A stretch of DNA of 43,790 nt, taken from positions 239,140-282,929 of the forward strand of contig NW_014577088.1 of NCBI RefSeq assembly GCF_000485595.1, given 5' to 3'. The translations under genes and the position numbers were made by a program. The stretch's first letter is position 1. Every line of letters begins with the position of its first letter. Below are positions 25,141-38,875 of the stretch, piece after piece. This DNA comes from Priapulus caudatus. Lineage: Eukaryota. The notes under the pieces are model-generated. The model worked only from the letters and a program-made list of their open reading frames with translations, did no database searches and was not told the DNA's origin.

Positions 25141-28100
25141 TCACGTTTTTCTGCTAAACGCGCGTGAGTCGGAGGGTTTGTGAATAAATTGAACTGCAGC
25201 GCCGCGCCGCATCGGCAGATCCTCACGGTAGCCTATTCGTGATCGTGTGTGTGTGGGAGGGGGGAGCTTGCATTTCAGTTTAGCTCAACCGCCATCAACT
25301 GCGTGCTGTATTCTGTTAACTATGGATGACAAAGGGATTATTGACTTTAACTGGTTTCTGAGCAAAAACAGTCAAAACTCCGTGCTTTGGCACTAACACG
25401 CCCCATTATGCATCTCGTGAGACCGGGCAACGCGCGCTACCTTATGGTCTGTAATACGCGGTGCATCCCATGGCCGTAAGTTTTCACAAATATTTCCCAA
25501 ATAAAAAGTACTATTTTCACATCGGCGCGCGATTCTAAAGGGCACGTTACTATATACAGGTTTACATGCAGGTCGGGCAAGCGAATTGAGAATTTATTAT
25601 CAATGGAGATACCGCGACATTTATAATTTGAATGAAAAAGTCAACTATATAAATCACAAGCGCTTGCATATATATGTACATCCGTCGGTAAACAATTGGG
25701 GCGCGACACATTATCTCCACGTTTACGCTGCTAAGCTACAAGGTATAGCATAGCTAATCTGCCATTGTAAGGTACCGTCCGGCACAATCTTGGCATTCCA
25801 AACGTCAATTACACAAATGGACATTGCCATAAAGAAATATATGTCGCTCAATTACCGCAGACCGTTTCTCGCGTTTCCAATCACCACAACTACTTAATCA
25901 ACTGCTGCAACTATGATAAGCTCTGATGAATCACAACACGTACGGTCTTCATTTGAATCTTAGCAAAATTACAAATGTTAATACATATATAGCAAAGGGG
26001 GACTATAAGCAATACTCGTCGATGCAGCCACTTCGTGCTCGCTTAATTACGCATCAACAAATGTTTTTATCAAGAATGTACATATAGCGGCTCGGAAACT
26101 ACATCAGGAAAAGTTGGTTTGAAGATTAATACCTACAAGACCAACCAACCCCAAACTAATAACAAAAACATAAATTCGGGATAAAATACGTAGAGCCCTA
26201 TAAATGAACGAAAACATGAAATAATTAAAGGCATTCCGGAATCTTCTCGGCTGAAGGTGGTCGGAATATCGCATATACTTTTAAATCGCCGACCGACGCC
26301 TATAATCCGCTCAACATCAAATACTGATCACACTGACTTTATCTTGTTCAATTTCTGACGAGTCTGGAATTAAAGTCGAGTCTGCCGAAGCGAAGCAGAT
26401 TCCGCGCGAGAGTATGGCTCTTGTACATTTCACAGTTGATTTATATTAAATAATCGTCTCAGTAGATACGCAGAGAAGAACTCTCAAATACCGGTCAGTC
26501 TGACCATGTCCGTGTACGATTAAACTCTGCGTTTTATTCGCGTGATCTTAACCATGGAGAATCCTGTCGAACCTGTGAAAGTTTTCGACACTGGAGCCAG
26601 TGATAACCCTTTCATCTAAAATATTACAGATTCCCCTTTATCTCTCAACTTCCGTAAACAAACAAGTGCCGGCAAGGCGACACGCGTCTCATCTAGACGT
26701 CTACGTGCGGTGACACTGTAGGTGGAGTGGTGGGATCAGTAAACCCTGTTAGTCCGGCCAATGTGTTCACATACACGCCGGGAAACAGTGGATGACACAG
26801 GGATGGTATCAGGAACCTATCTCAAGGAATGTTCGTTGGGGATCGTTATGAAAGTTGCCATCGAGAGTGGCGCCGTACGGTTTACGTGTCTTCAGATTAA
26901 AGATGGATAGCTCCCATGTACGTAGTTAGCAAACAACTATTTGCAAGACAGATATAGGTAAGGCACTCATGTCCTTTACAGATACTCAAGCCTACAGTCT
27001 GCAATAGAGAAGCAGCCACCTGTAACCATTGAACGCAGGCAAAATACACAGTAAGGACCTACTATCACGCACCACAGTGCACTGGCAGTGGCCACTGGAA
27101 GTGGCATACGTTACCAATGGTAACAGTACTGACAGTATAGCTGCCACTAAAGAAATTATACGATTGTAAAAGAGCATTAAACCTGTCTTCACCAAAGATT
27201 TGTTAGACTTTTGACAATTTCCACTGTGACATTTGTAGCCTCATACATCCAGGCTGTGGGGGGGAATAGATTTCATACTACCACCGCAAAACCCGTCGCA
27301 TGTTTAACCCTCCTCTTGAGGGTCAAAAGGTTATGCCGACACATACCTTCCATGTCAGCTAAGAAGGGACCATTTCCATGGTCGCTTCAATAAAGCCATA
27401 ACCATGCTAGTTCACGCGCTGAAACAAAAAAGTTTTTCAAATCGCTCCGTCAGACCATGTCCTCAGAAAATGTCTAAAAATCTGCCCCTGGTGCGCGCGA
27501 GTGAACCTTTGACCCTGCTGACCTCCAATTTCAGGCAGCAGTGAATGGGTTTTCCTACAAATCGATGCTATAGGCACCGAACTATCTAACGAGCTCTAAG
27601 GTCGAGCCGTTTAGATTTTGTGCCGCAATTCTGCATTTCCTCCCTATACTACCATAAGTTAAGGAAGTGAATGTCCCCCTTCTTTAACGACCTCTTGACC
27701 TTTGACCCTCTACCCCCAGCTCCGACATCCAACTCGTTTGCCGACGATCCCCCCCAACGACCAGCGAATATCGTGACCCGTACGTCGAGCGTTAACGATT
27801 TTTTTGTGCCCAACTGGTTGACGGACGCACGACGGACGGACGACGCGGAACGGAACGACCGCTCAATGCGATCTACAAGCTGCATCTGACTACGTCAGAT
27901 TAGCTAAAACAAAGAGCAAAATTGGTATCGCCTCCTATGTGTCGCTTCTACCATTCATAGCTGACAGTGTGTTAATAATAGATATAATAATAATGATCGA
28001 ATAATAATGAGCTAATTTGAAGTATGATTTTCCGGCGGTTAACACCGCCGTGGAATATATTAATTTTGTCGATAGTTAATTACACAAACCGACTGTCTTA

Positions 28101-30166
28101 TTTGAACCCAGGAGCTTCGTGTGTCACCGAGGTGTTTAAACAAACCTGCCACACGCGTTTCATTTATGTTTGAAATTACCACGACGAGAGATTTGATCAA
28201 TAATGCGCACCAACGAGAGAAACATCGTTATCAAGAACGCGAAGGTTGTATATTTTATTGTCTCTAATGTATCGATTTGTATGCTGGAGATGTATAGGTT
28301 GTATTGCAATGCGGTAATCGATCGCGAAAAGCTTATTATGCCTTTAATATATCCTGAAAATACATGACCAATAACTTTGAAACTCCATTAGGGAAAATAT
28401 TGTACATTCTTATCACACAGTTGCAGGTCACGGAAAGTCAACGCTGTAGTAATGTGCAAAACTCACACTAAATCATTTCTTCGACACGATTGTGCGCATT
28501 AATATAAGAGGAAGTATATAACTAACGCATTCCAGACAATAGTAATCAGCGTTTGTACCAATGAAATACAGTTATGCCGAAATCAACTCAAAGCCGGGTT
28601 CCTGACGTAAACGGTCCGATTCTAAGTGTAGCGATCAACGCAACAACGCTGATCTCAATGGGAAGATGCGGATTCGCAAACCAATAAATGCGCTAATGTA
28701 AAACTACATGACACTTATAAAACTTTGCTAAATCTCAGCCGCCCCTTGGCTCCCCATACGTCTAGCTATACACAATACTAACTACAGGCGCATGGTCGTC
28801 AACCAGACATATCTGCTCCGTGGCTACTGCGGCTAGAAGTATGTCCCACAGACACTTGAATCGAGTTACCAGTTTAACAGCACTGGCGCAAATAGTGATG
28901 AAGCACCCAGCAGAGTTCAATGCCATCTGTAGACCCAGCTAAAGGCGTGAAGCAGTAAAACTGTTCATCAGCAAGCAAATACACTTATTAGAAAGTTACT
29001 GCAAATTGCCGGCTGTACGAAATGAGCGCAAATTCAAGATTCGGTCACAAATATGTGTATATGCAGGCGACGAATGAAAATGGAAGCAACAAGCTCATAT
29101 GGCGTTGCCTGTCAGGTCATATCGAAGGTCATTCACACGCTAGGACCAGCACCCGTCATATACTATTACCGACCCCACGCCAACGTGCCTTCCCCTCAAA
29201 ACTTAAAACGTTTAAGGCCTGGCGGCTGTTTAATGCAAGCAAAGTTTGTTTTCGGCTGAAAGCCGCGGCCGGGTGCAGGCGCTCATCCCAAGCCAAACAT
29301 CGCCATTGGCAAGGGGCCAGCTAGTATAGCATAATTAGACACGGGATCACCTTCGCTGTGTGCAATTGCTATCTGGTCATGAACTTGTCTATGCTTGCAG
29401 TTGCCATGGTGACACATGTTAATATATGGTATAGTAGTCGTGACTTACGACGCACGCATCTTACATGCTGGATAGGTCGCATAAGTTATTGTGCTAGCTC
29501 GAAGTTCCTAGCCGTCTGCCGGTTCGATACTGCGACATTCATTCAAACGTTTGAAAAGCACGATCGTGACGCGAGGACATAGATAGGCCATCATAAATGT
29601 TAAAACGCAGCGGAATTAAATTAATGGCATTAGTAAAAATATGCCATCGAGAGATGAGTGCATTCAACACATGTAACCCGCGCCAGATACTAAATGGGGT
29701 TGTCCTTACTGTGCGCAGGCAACTGCCTGTAGAACCGACCGGAGAAATCACGAAACGAAGTTAGCGTCAATAGAAGAAAGGGCGGGCATTTTCAGGACGC
29801 TGAGTGGTTGGGGTCAATTTCCCCCCGTAATTGCCTTTTAATAAATTACATGTTGTGAAACGCATGTCCGAAACACCCCGTACAGACGCCGCAGTGGGCT
29901 CCGGATAGTAACGACTGACTCCAAGTCCGAGGACCAGTAATAGTCGCCACCAGTCGAAGCCATATAGTCGAAAGGACCAGTCGACAAGGAATAGTCGAAT
30001 CCAAGTCGAAGAAATAGTCGAACCAGTAATCGAAGGCATTTTTTTCAATAAAGCTTTTTTTGTTAGTAAAAATCAATCGTAGTTTTTAATAAAAATCCTG
30101 TATAATTAGCTAAAAAAATAAATCTGTAATCAGCGCGCAGCTGAAATCCCATATCCAGGAGACATA
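25141..30166 (-). repeat. Right arm of large inverted duplication (contains ~1.25-kb insertion)
   Basis: Colinear reverse complement of 19691-23254. Confidence 0.92.
26661..27908 (-). mobile_element. Non-autonomous Helentron-type element (HINE/DINE-1-like)
   Basis: Absent from the left arm. The minus strand begins ttttagctaatctgacgtagtcagatgcagct (subterminal palindrome), continues with ccgt-like microsatellite, and ends in a small hairpin plus cttgtt. Inserted in a T-rich site with no clear TSD. Confidence 0.75.
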
Positions 30167-30754
30167 TATATATATATATATATTTATTTATTTATTTATT
30201 TATTTACGCTAAATGACCCTGGCGGGTTCATGCGGTGATGTTTATATTGATGCCTTGATGTTCATGTGTTGATGCCTTCATATAAACGCATTCCATCACC
30301 GAGAGTAGAACCTACTACTACAGCTGCCACTCCCTACTCGTCTATCGATTCACGTTAACTAGACTGCCGGTTATAAACCGCGATTCTCTCGCAAACCATC
30401 ACTAGCTATAATTACTACAATGAATGCAGGCTCCGGTTGCGGTGGGCACGCAGCGACAAATCGATGGCTCGATGTTAGCCCCGCATTCACAGCTATCACC
30501 GCCGATGACGTCACGACACACGATTAACGACGGCACATTGCGCTGACGATGTTCGGTAGATCAGCGTCTCCCTCCTCCCACGCACGCACGCAAGCGCAGC
30601 TCAACAGACTCTCGCGCGCGCTCGCGCTCGCTTTCGCTCTCCTTTTATCTCTATATTCCTGTCAATAGATCTCTTGCGCGCTTTCTCTCTCTCTATGTGT
30701 ATATATGTATATATATATATATACAATATCGCGCTTTTTCTAGCTCGCGACCTT

Positions 30755-30786
<32 letters not shown>

Positions 30787-30922
30787 CGTCTCTCTCTCTC
30801 TCTCTCCTCTCTCCCTTCTCATCGTTCTCTCTCCTCTCTCTGCGTCTCTCATCGTCTCATCTCCCGTGCCCCTCTCTCTCTCTGATCTCTCCCTCAATCT
30901 CTCTGTCTCTCCTCTCTTCCTT

Positions 30923-30947
30923 NNNNNNNNNNNNNNNNNNNNNNNNN
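30923..30947. other. Assembly gap (short N run) preceded by degenerate (CT)n
   Basis: Run of n. Confidence 1.
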
Positions 30948-31895
30948 ACTCTCAGCGCGGCTACACACGATCTTCTCCCGCCGCGCTACACACGATCACT
31001 CATCAGCGCTCTACACACGATACTCTCCAGCCGCCTACTACACAGATACTCACCGCGCTACACACCGATACTCTCCGCAACGCATACACACGATACTCTT
31101 GTGCGCTACAACACCGATCCTCTCGCGCCCGCTACACACCGGATACTTCTCGGCGACCGCTACACACCGATACTCTGCAGCGCTCTACACACCAGATACT
31201 TCAGCGCGGCTTACCACACCGGCCAATTCTCTCCGCCACGACATACACAACACGATACTCCTCTGATGCGCTACACACGGATACTAATCAGCGCTCATAT
31301 ATACTACACACGATACTTCTCACTGCTGCGCTACACACCGATACTCTACAGCGCAAGTACACACCGGATACTTCTCAGCGCGCTGACACACCGATACTCT
31401 CAGCCGCTCTACACACGATACTCTCAGCGCTCTACACACCGATACTCTCTTATATACACCTGATACATATATAATTCAGCGCTCTACACACGAATACTCT
31501 CAGCGCACTTCTACAACACCGATCTCTCTGTGCGATAGCACACGATCTTATCAGGCTCGATATATACACACCGATACTACTCAGCGCGCTACACCCAGCA
31601 TACTCTTCAGCGCTCTACACACCGATACATCTCAGCGCACTACACACGAACTCTCAGGCGGCACGCTAACACACCGAATACTCTACCAGTGCCTCATACA
31701 CACCGATACTCTCAGCGCTATACTCACACCAATACTCTCTGTGCCTACACACCGATACTCGCTTCAGCCGCCTGTACACACCGATAACTCTCTGTGCGCT
31801 ACACACCGATAACTATCAGCGCCTTACACACGATACTCTCTTGTCGCTACCCACACGATACTCATCAGCGCTCTACACACCGATACTCTCAGCAG
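30948..31895 (+). repeat. Second array of the 24-bp minisatellite
   Basis: Same unit and orientation as 23660-25130. Confidence 0.93.
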
Positions 31896-31904
31896 CTCCG
31901 TTTT

Positions 31905-32976
31905 ATAATGCAAATTATTGCACTCTAATGCCGAATTTCGGCGAAAAAAAAGAAGACCTATCGTGTAATTTACCGCCGAGCGGATGCGGAATCACGTGAA
32001 AAATGTCTCGCCGCCGTCGGAGAGAAAGCGCTTCCTGTGGCCGCCGATAAATCCGTGGCGGGGCGCAGGCTTAAATAGACGCGTGGTTAATACGCCTGCC
32101 GCCAGCGCGCATCAAGTCCGATATATCATCGATTTCTGGTGCTACGGCGTTTCTGCCACGCTGCCTCGTGCGAGAAGCGCCGTGTATGCGTGCGTGCGTG
32201 CGTGCATGCGTGGCGCGCGCGTTTCTGCTTTGTCACTCCCCCGTAGTATTAAATAGAGAGAATATATGTAGAAACCCGGTTTGCGCAAATTTGCCCATGT
32301 TCAACCCGCTTAGGTCCGAATATCGAAATTAGCCGATGCGGAATTTGCGAGCTGTTATGTATCCTATGAACTCGCGTTACGAAGCGAATATTCACGTGTA
32401 TATAGGTTACGGAACTCGCCAGAAATTTCTCATGAACATAATCTGCAGTTCGATAATGGAAGTTAATAGGAAAGCGTGATTTGCTTTACGGAGTTCTGCG
32501 GTACGAACTTTTTGCCTGGAACAACTTCACTACTTCCGTAACGCGGGGGGGGGGGGTGCTGTACTACTATTGCTGCTGCTGCTACTGATCATACTACTAA
32601 CACGGTACGCGCGATCTAGGCACGTGTGTGGAACGGCGCGTGTAGTAGTAAACGGGGTATAGTTGCACTTTTCTCTAATTTATGCTAATAATATGCCAAA
32701 GGAGAAGAAACATTCTATTTTCTCTATTATTGTCGAGTCCATAGGACAGTAATTAATTAGTGCGTGTGCGCGCGCAGATAGGCGGACGATAAAGCACGGA
32801 TATAGCTGGCAGCAGCACGAATGTGAGTGAAATTCTCGAATGAGATTCGTATCGTGGAGTGGAATTCAGCTAGCCTCTTTTTTAAACGTCGGAAGTATTT
32901 CTTTCTGATTCTTTTTTTTCTGATATATTATCGATTTCTGGTGCTACGGTGTTGCTGCCTCATGCGAGAAGCGCCG

Positions 32977-33024
<48 letters not shown>

Positions 33025-33722
33025 TGTGTGGCGCGCGCGTTCCTGCGCGGAATAGTTATTTCATTATAATTATGTAAGCTGTATGATATGAACACACTAT
33101 AGTTATCTGCGCGCTTTGGTTTAGAATTTGCTTATGCGTCAGGCGGGCGTGCAAAATCCAGGTTTCTTACCGTGACGTATATGCGTTAGTGTAAAGATTC
33201 TCTCATGCATATTTAAGGAAAGATTATAGCCAGTTTTGCAAAATTTAACTCATCTTTCAACTACAACCTTTAAGGGTCGAAAATCAATATATGCATACAG
33301 CATAAAAATGGGAATTAAAAAAAAAAATCTCCGACACGCGTTTCGTGCGGGTTTTTATGTAATATCGACCGAAAGCCCGCAGAGACGTGAGGCTGAGAGT
33401 CAGGTCTAGTCTATACACCTCTCGAGAAATTTGACTTCGCATCCACCACGTTCCTACAGAACGTATCATAGTCGGTATGTGGTGGTCGCGTATAGATATT
33501 ACAAAAGATTACCTTCAATGTTTTCTAACATCTGTAATGTATAGACGTTCAAACGACCACCGCATCTCTTGATGCTTCATTTAAGCGGACAGCTGGCTTA
33601 CTCGATAAAGGAGGCATGCAACAGTAAGTCTCCTCAAATTGCACTATATGATGATATCGTCTCTAGAAAAGGCTTCTTTTTTTCGCTGAAATTCGGCATT
33701 AGAGTGCAATAATTTGCATTAT
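31905..33722. mobile_element. Putative non-autonomous TIR element (~1.8 kb, ~53-bp TIRs)
   Basis: ataatgcaaattattgcactctaatgccgaatttcggcgaaaaaaaagaag at 31905 vs cttctttttttcgctgaaattcggcattagagtgcaataatttgcattat ending at 33722; no coding content recognised. Confidence 0.6.
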
Positions 33723-36700
33723 GCACGCAAGTTAGATGATTCGTGGACGTCTAGAAAGCATTAGAAGTAAAATTGGCCTTGTCGTGTAGTTGTGACATTC
33801 CGTCAGGTGGCGTAGCCACAGTGACCGGTTTGGTCATTTTTGTGTTTGAAATGTGTTCAGACTACTTTGCAGAATTTCGCATCATAGAGCTGGCAAAAGT
33901 TTCGAGCGGAGTATAGAGCATGAATCTGTAGTTATTTAACATGAATAAAGTGTATGTTGTGTATGCGAAGTAACAGTGAGAGTATTTTTAATTGCTCGAT
34001 GCTCACTCAGGCCTGCTGCCTATGGACGCCTTCTACTGTTGTACACCACTTAAAGGTCGGCATTTACATAGACACGGTCGTTGTAGTCGCGGTAGCTCTC
34101 GGCTCGCTATTCGAACTCCCAGTTTCACACGCGAGCATCTGAAGAGCAAATTCACAATGAAGAGCATCTTAGTTCTTCTTATGACGATGCAGTGGGCTGT
34201 GTGCGCGTGCCTGGCGATATTCGTCTGCCTTGCTACACATTGGGAGCAATTGTAAGCCCGGATTGGGGCCGTGGTCTTTATTAGAGTCCCTTCTATATAA
34301 AAGGGACTCTATAGTGCTTATCATCGGTATTCAGCCATCGCACATACACCGTAATATCTTCCTGCTCAAACCTTGTGCACTTTGACGAACAACTGCTGTC
34401 GCTAATGGTAGGCTATATTCGATATACAATAGCGTACAAAGCATGCTGTGTGATATAGCGGTCGTAATATCTTCGTAATATATAGCCATTCTGGGTTCCC
34501 CTTCTGTTGCGGAAAATACTGATAAACTGTAAAGTTTCTCATGCCAGTGTCGAACCTTTCGTAACTTGTTCATCTCGCTGGCAATTTTAACGGATAGTTT
34601 CAACTTCCCGTGTGTATATTTTACCGTATATTTTCCATTTTTTGCGCTTCATGTTTTAGCGCGGGTATAAATGTCAAGTTGTTGAACTTACTGCATGTGC
34701 GCGTTGCTCGATTGAAACGTGAGCGCACGGAAGCTTTGCTTATCAGCGAGAGCAATCACGTCCATTCTCATTAGAATGAAACAATTTTTCCTATACTTAA
34801 TTTGCCCAGTTAGTTTCGAATAAATTTGTGCGATCTGTGCTATGAGCTATTGGATGATATGGCAAGCTGTGAGTATTTTGTATTCGATGGGAGTTTTCTT
34901 TTGTCGGCCAGCAATATGAATTGCCGGCATGTTGATTTAACTAATAGAATGATCGGTTGCCTCAACAGGTTTATATGAATTTCGTCAGTTGATCCTTTAG
35001 GTTCTAGTTTTTTAGTGCGTGTTACGTAAACACACGGCATCTTGAAACTACTCTCTTCAGGCCGCTTCCGTTTTCGTGCATTGATTCTAGTCCATATAGA
35101 TCACAGATCTGCGATCGCGAGTCCACAGCGATTTTGCTGACTATACGTTGAGAGCATGCAAACATATCATCTTACTGCGTAATGTCACGTTTTCAATGGC
35201 GTTTTTAGCGCTTGTGTGCACAGCAGACGGCGCTCTCACGTTGATCGGATTTTATTCTCGGCGCACGATCGCTAGGCGCGCTGGCGTCTGAAATTCTACA
35301 GCTCGCCCAAGGCAGGCAATTTTGAGAACACGGGTTTATGAGATTATTCGCGCAAGTACATAACGACTTTAGTTTTATGTTCTCTCTAGATGAGATTCTT
35401 GTCTCGGTGAAGCTGAAAGCCCGATATAGAATTGTTAAGAAAAGCGCGACGTTTTATATTCCTAAATAATTCGTCGGCGATGCGATTCCGTGGAAAGGGC
35501 TTGATCGAGCGTGGTCTAACTGTTTTAAGGAAATTTCCGTCTATACTGAGTGACGAGTCTATACAGTTTTTGTCTCAGCGCGGAAAAAAATCAGCGTTTA
35601 GTGCACAAGAAGATTTGAGAAAGTAGAGGTTTCGAAATAACGATATGCTGGTGTGCTGCAAGGAAATGAACTAATGCCTCAATTACCTGCTCCCTTTCCG
35701 TACTGGGATAGTCTTCCATACACGGCAACAATGCGCAAACTACGTTATGCACTTAAATATATTGCAAACATCACGCGAAATTAAATTAATAATAAAAAAT
35801 ACGTCAACCCAGCGCTCGCAATTCGCGCTCGTTCGCGGTATCCCGTCATGCATCGCGCGGAGAGCCCTGCTGCTTGAACTGGCTGCGGTATATTGAAAAT
35901 CACCATCAGTATAAGAAGCCATCGGGGACTAGAACACTCGTGCAGGCGTCACGAGTATTGACCGGTGACGTGTGTCTGGGTGGAGAGAGCTCAGCTTCTC
36001 GTACTAGGCTCCCGTGCCTGTCACAACCTGGCACCGCAGAGCGGCGCCGAGTGAATCGCAAGATTAGACGCGACAAGGAGCAGTATTGCTTGAGTCGCAA
36101 TTAGGTCGTTTAATGGTAGGTGACGGCTGTGATTTATGGCAGCGGCCGCTCGTGCGGGCAGAAATCGTTCCATGTGCAATGTAGCACCGCAACGTGCAGC
36201 ACCGCGTTGAACTTGTAACTGTATAGCTGGAGACGGAGCGCTGGCCTCGGAAATCGACAGACATTCTTCTGTATTGTCGAGCCACGCCATCTTTAGTTAG
36301 CTGAGACATCAGGTGTTGCACGACTGTGAATGCAGTCAATGCCGGACTCGCAGAAATCATGCCGCGTAACTTACTGCATCATTACTGCACTGCAGCTTGG
36401 CTGCGCCGTTAAACTTAAGCTAGGGATATCGGGAGTCCCCTGGCCTCAGAAATTGACCGTTCGTATCGTCTCACTAGCAGCGTCTGCACTAACCGCACAC
36501 TTCAGCTATCGCACAACTGTGCAATTGTTACCATCCACGCGTCTTCATGAACACATTATATATAAATTAGACTGTATACTAGAGAAGAGCTAATTAATTT
36601 ATATTTTATAGGGGTCTAATTTTCTCACGTGCCCACTTGACACAGCGTGTGCATGAGATATGGTGGCATAATTGTATCATAAATGCTGTAATTTGTTGCA

Positions 36701-38182
36701 GATTGCGGCTGATTGCCCACTATTACCCAGTAAATATAGCGGCTCTGTAGCGTCGTTCGCGTCTGCGTAATGACGCCGATTTCCCACGAGATACATTGTC
36801 GCCGAGGTTATCCGCATCAATTTGGAAGAATTTTTTAACTTTTTTAGTTAACTTTCAAGAAAAAAGGGTTGATTATGCGGACGACATGTCCGTGCTCATC
36901 GTACGTCACCTGCGATTAACCAATCAGCGCCATCACTGCGCTATACTTCTGTAATTACCTTGTTTCTGCGATTGTGTTTTGCGCCGCGTCGTAGCCGCTT
37001 GCGGACGGAAGGCGACGCTTGCGTGCTGCACGCACTGCATCTATCTAATCTATCTGTTCAGCGCCGCGGTAATATTGCCGGGGCGTGTGCGTAGAAAGAG
37101 CGAGTCTGACATTTACGTAGCGGAGGTTCTTGACATCGCAGCGCTCGCGTGGCGCTTACATACATTATTGCATTTTATCCGCGCGCGTGCATCCATCAAT
37201 CGGTTACCTGTTAACGTCGGTGGTCGAGTATCCCTCCAGGATCGTGTGCGTGTTCTATAATGCGACAGCCTCGCGTGATTTATGCCATTGCCGCACGATG
37301 GCGTATTTCTATTGGTTTTGGCTCTCTAATTTCTTTATAGATCAATAAATCATCCGATCGCCATTTGTCATTTTTTTCATCTTCATGTCGTGAAACGAAG
37401 AATATGGAATGAGGTTGGAGGCGATAAAATCCACTGTTTGCAATATATTACGCAATGAATAGCATATGTATAATGTTCGGGATGTGTGGTCATTCTAGAG
37501 ACGTCCATTCGGAGTTCGTTGGGATGTGGGGGGCAATGGTTGAAACGTCAGCAATCAAAATGACGAATAAGTTTTGTTTGCTGAATGGGTTCAGCGGAGC
37601 TTATTGAGCATATTTGTCCTGTTACATTAGTTGTTTGCAAAAAAGATAGATATATTTACGTACACGTCGTTTGCACACGTCTGCGATGGAGGACTGAGCA
37701 GAACATTATGGCAGTGGCTTTATTCTTTGCGCGATTGTACGAATGAATGAATGCGATTGAAGCCATGTCGACCTGACATCCGCTTCTGGCTACGTTACCG
37801 TTCGTAGTAAATGGTTACTAGTCGAACGAAACTCGAAAAACGGTTTTTGCGTCGCCAATAAATAATGGATGTCATCAGACCGCTTGTGAGATGAAGGTAG
37901 GCAAGTTTATTTCCGCGCCGAAACTGTAATATTGATCACATCGGCCGGCCGTATCGCTATTTTGAGTCGCGTAGCGTAACGTACATGTGTTATCCCGCGC
38001 GCGCGCGCACGGCATGCCGGTGTCTAGACGACGATCCATTGTGCTCGGTGGTTGCGAGGCATTATACTTTCTAGGCAGTTTTAACGTCTAGACGATGTGC
38101 GCCCGGGATTGCGGGATCGACCGCGTGCTATATGCGGCATGCGTCGTCGGCCAGCTGTGAGCTCTCACATCCTGGACTGAAG

Positions 38183-38501
38183 TATAGCAGCGGCAGTAGC
38201 AACTGCGGTAGCGGTAGTAGTAGCAGAGGTAGCGACGGCAACAGCAGCGGCAACAGAGCAGTAGCAGCAGCGGCGGCGACAGCAGCGGCAGCAGCAGCAG
38301 AAGCAGTATCAGCACCAGTAGCAGCAGCAGTAGCGGCAGCAGCAGCAGCGGCAGCACCAGCAGCACCAGCAGCAGCTGCGGCGGCGGCAGCAACAGCAGT
38401 AGCAGTATCAGCAGACGCGGCAACAGCAGCGGCGGCGGCAGCAGCAGTAGTAGCAGCAGTAGCAACAGCATCATCATTATCAGCAGCAGCAGCAGCAGCA
38501 T

Positions 38502-38532
<31 letters not shown>

Positions 38533-38533
38533 A
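38183..38533. repeat. Degenerate (GCA)n/(GCG)n/(TCA)n trinucleotide tract
   Basis: Seen directly. Confidence 0.9.
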
Positions 38534-38655
38534 CCGTACATGCTCACCACGCGTTACTTGACAGCGGGGATGCACGGCGCATTGTGACCACGTGGTGCAT
38601 GCATCTCAGCATCGCTAGCGGGAGCGCTGCTATCAATTAGCGCGCAGCGGGCGAG

Positions 38656-38819
38656 TCAGTTCAGCGTCGACGAGCTACACACCACTACTTCACCCGCTAC
38701 CGCCTGTCTCGTAGTCTGCCACGGCTCGAGAGATCGCTATTGTGTGCCTGGCTGCGCGCGACGCGAAGCGTTTCCTTTGTTGAGAATCCACAGTTTTAAT
38801 GGCAGCGACGGCGACGATG
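38656..38819 (+). other. Candidate alternative first exon (Inr-like TCAGTT; coding MAATATM at 38799-38819)
   Basis: TCAGTT at 38656 in a CpG-rich patch, ATG at 38799, and a strong G|GTAAGA donor at 38820 in phase 0 with the exon at 40614. Confidence 0.4.
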
Positions 38820-38839
38820 GTAAGATCAGTGTGCGTTCG

Positions 38840-38843
38840 TGTG

Positions 38844-38875
<32 letters not shown>

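Noticed and set aside
23511..25167. ORFs of up to 224 aa in the palindrome spacer (and 30674-31474)
   Set aside because: Products of the 24-bp minisatellite, with constant frame switching and no transposase motifs
38088..38587. Poly-Ala, poly-Ser and poly-Leu ORFs
   Set aside because: Trinucleotide repeat open in several frames on both strands; I found no convincing splice sites tying it to the gene
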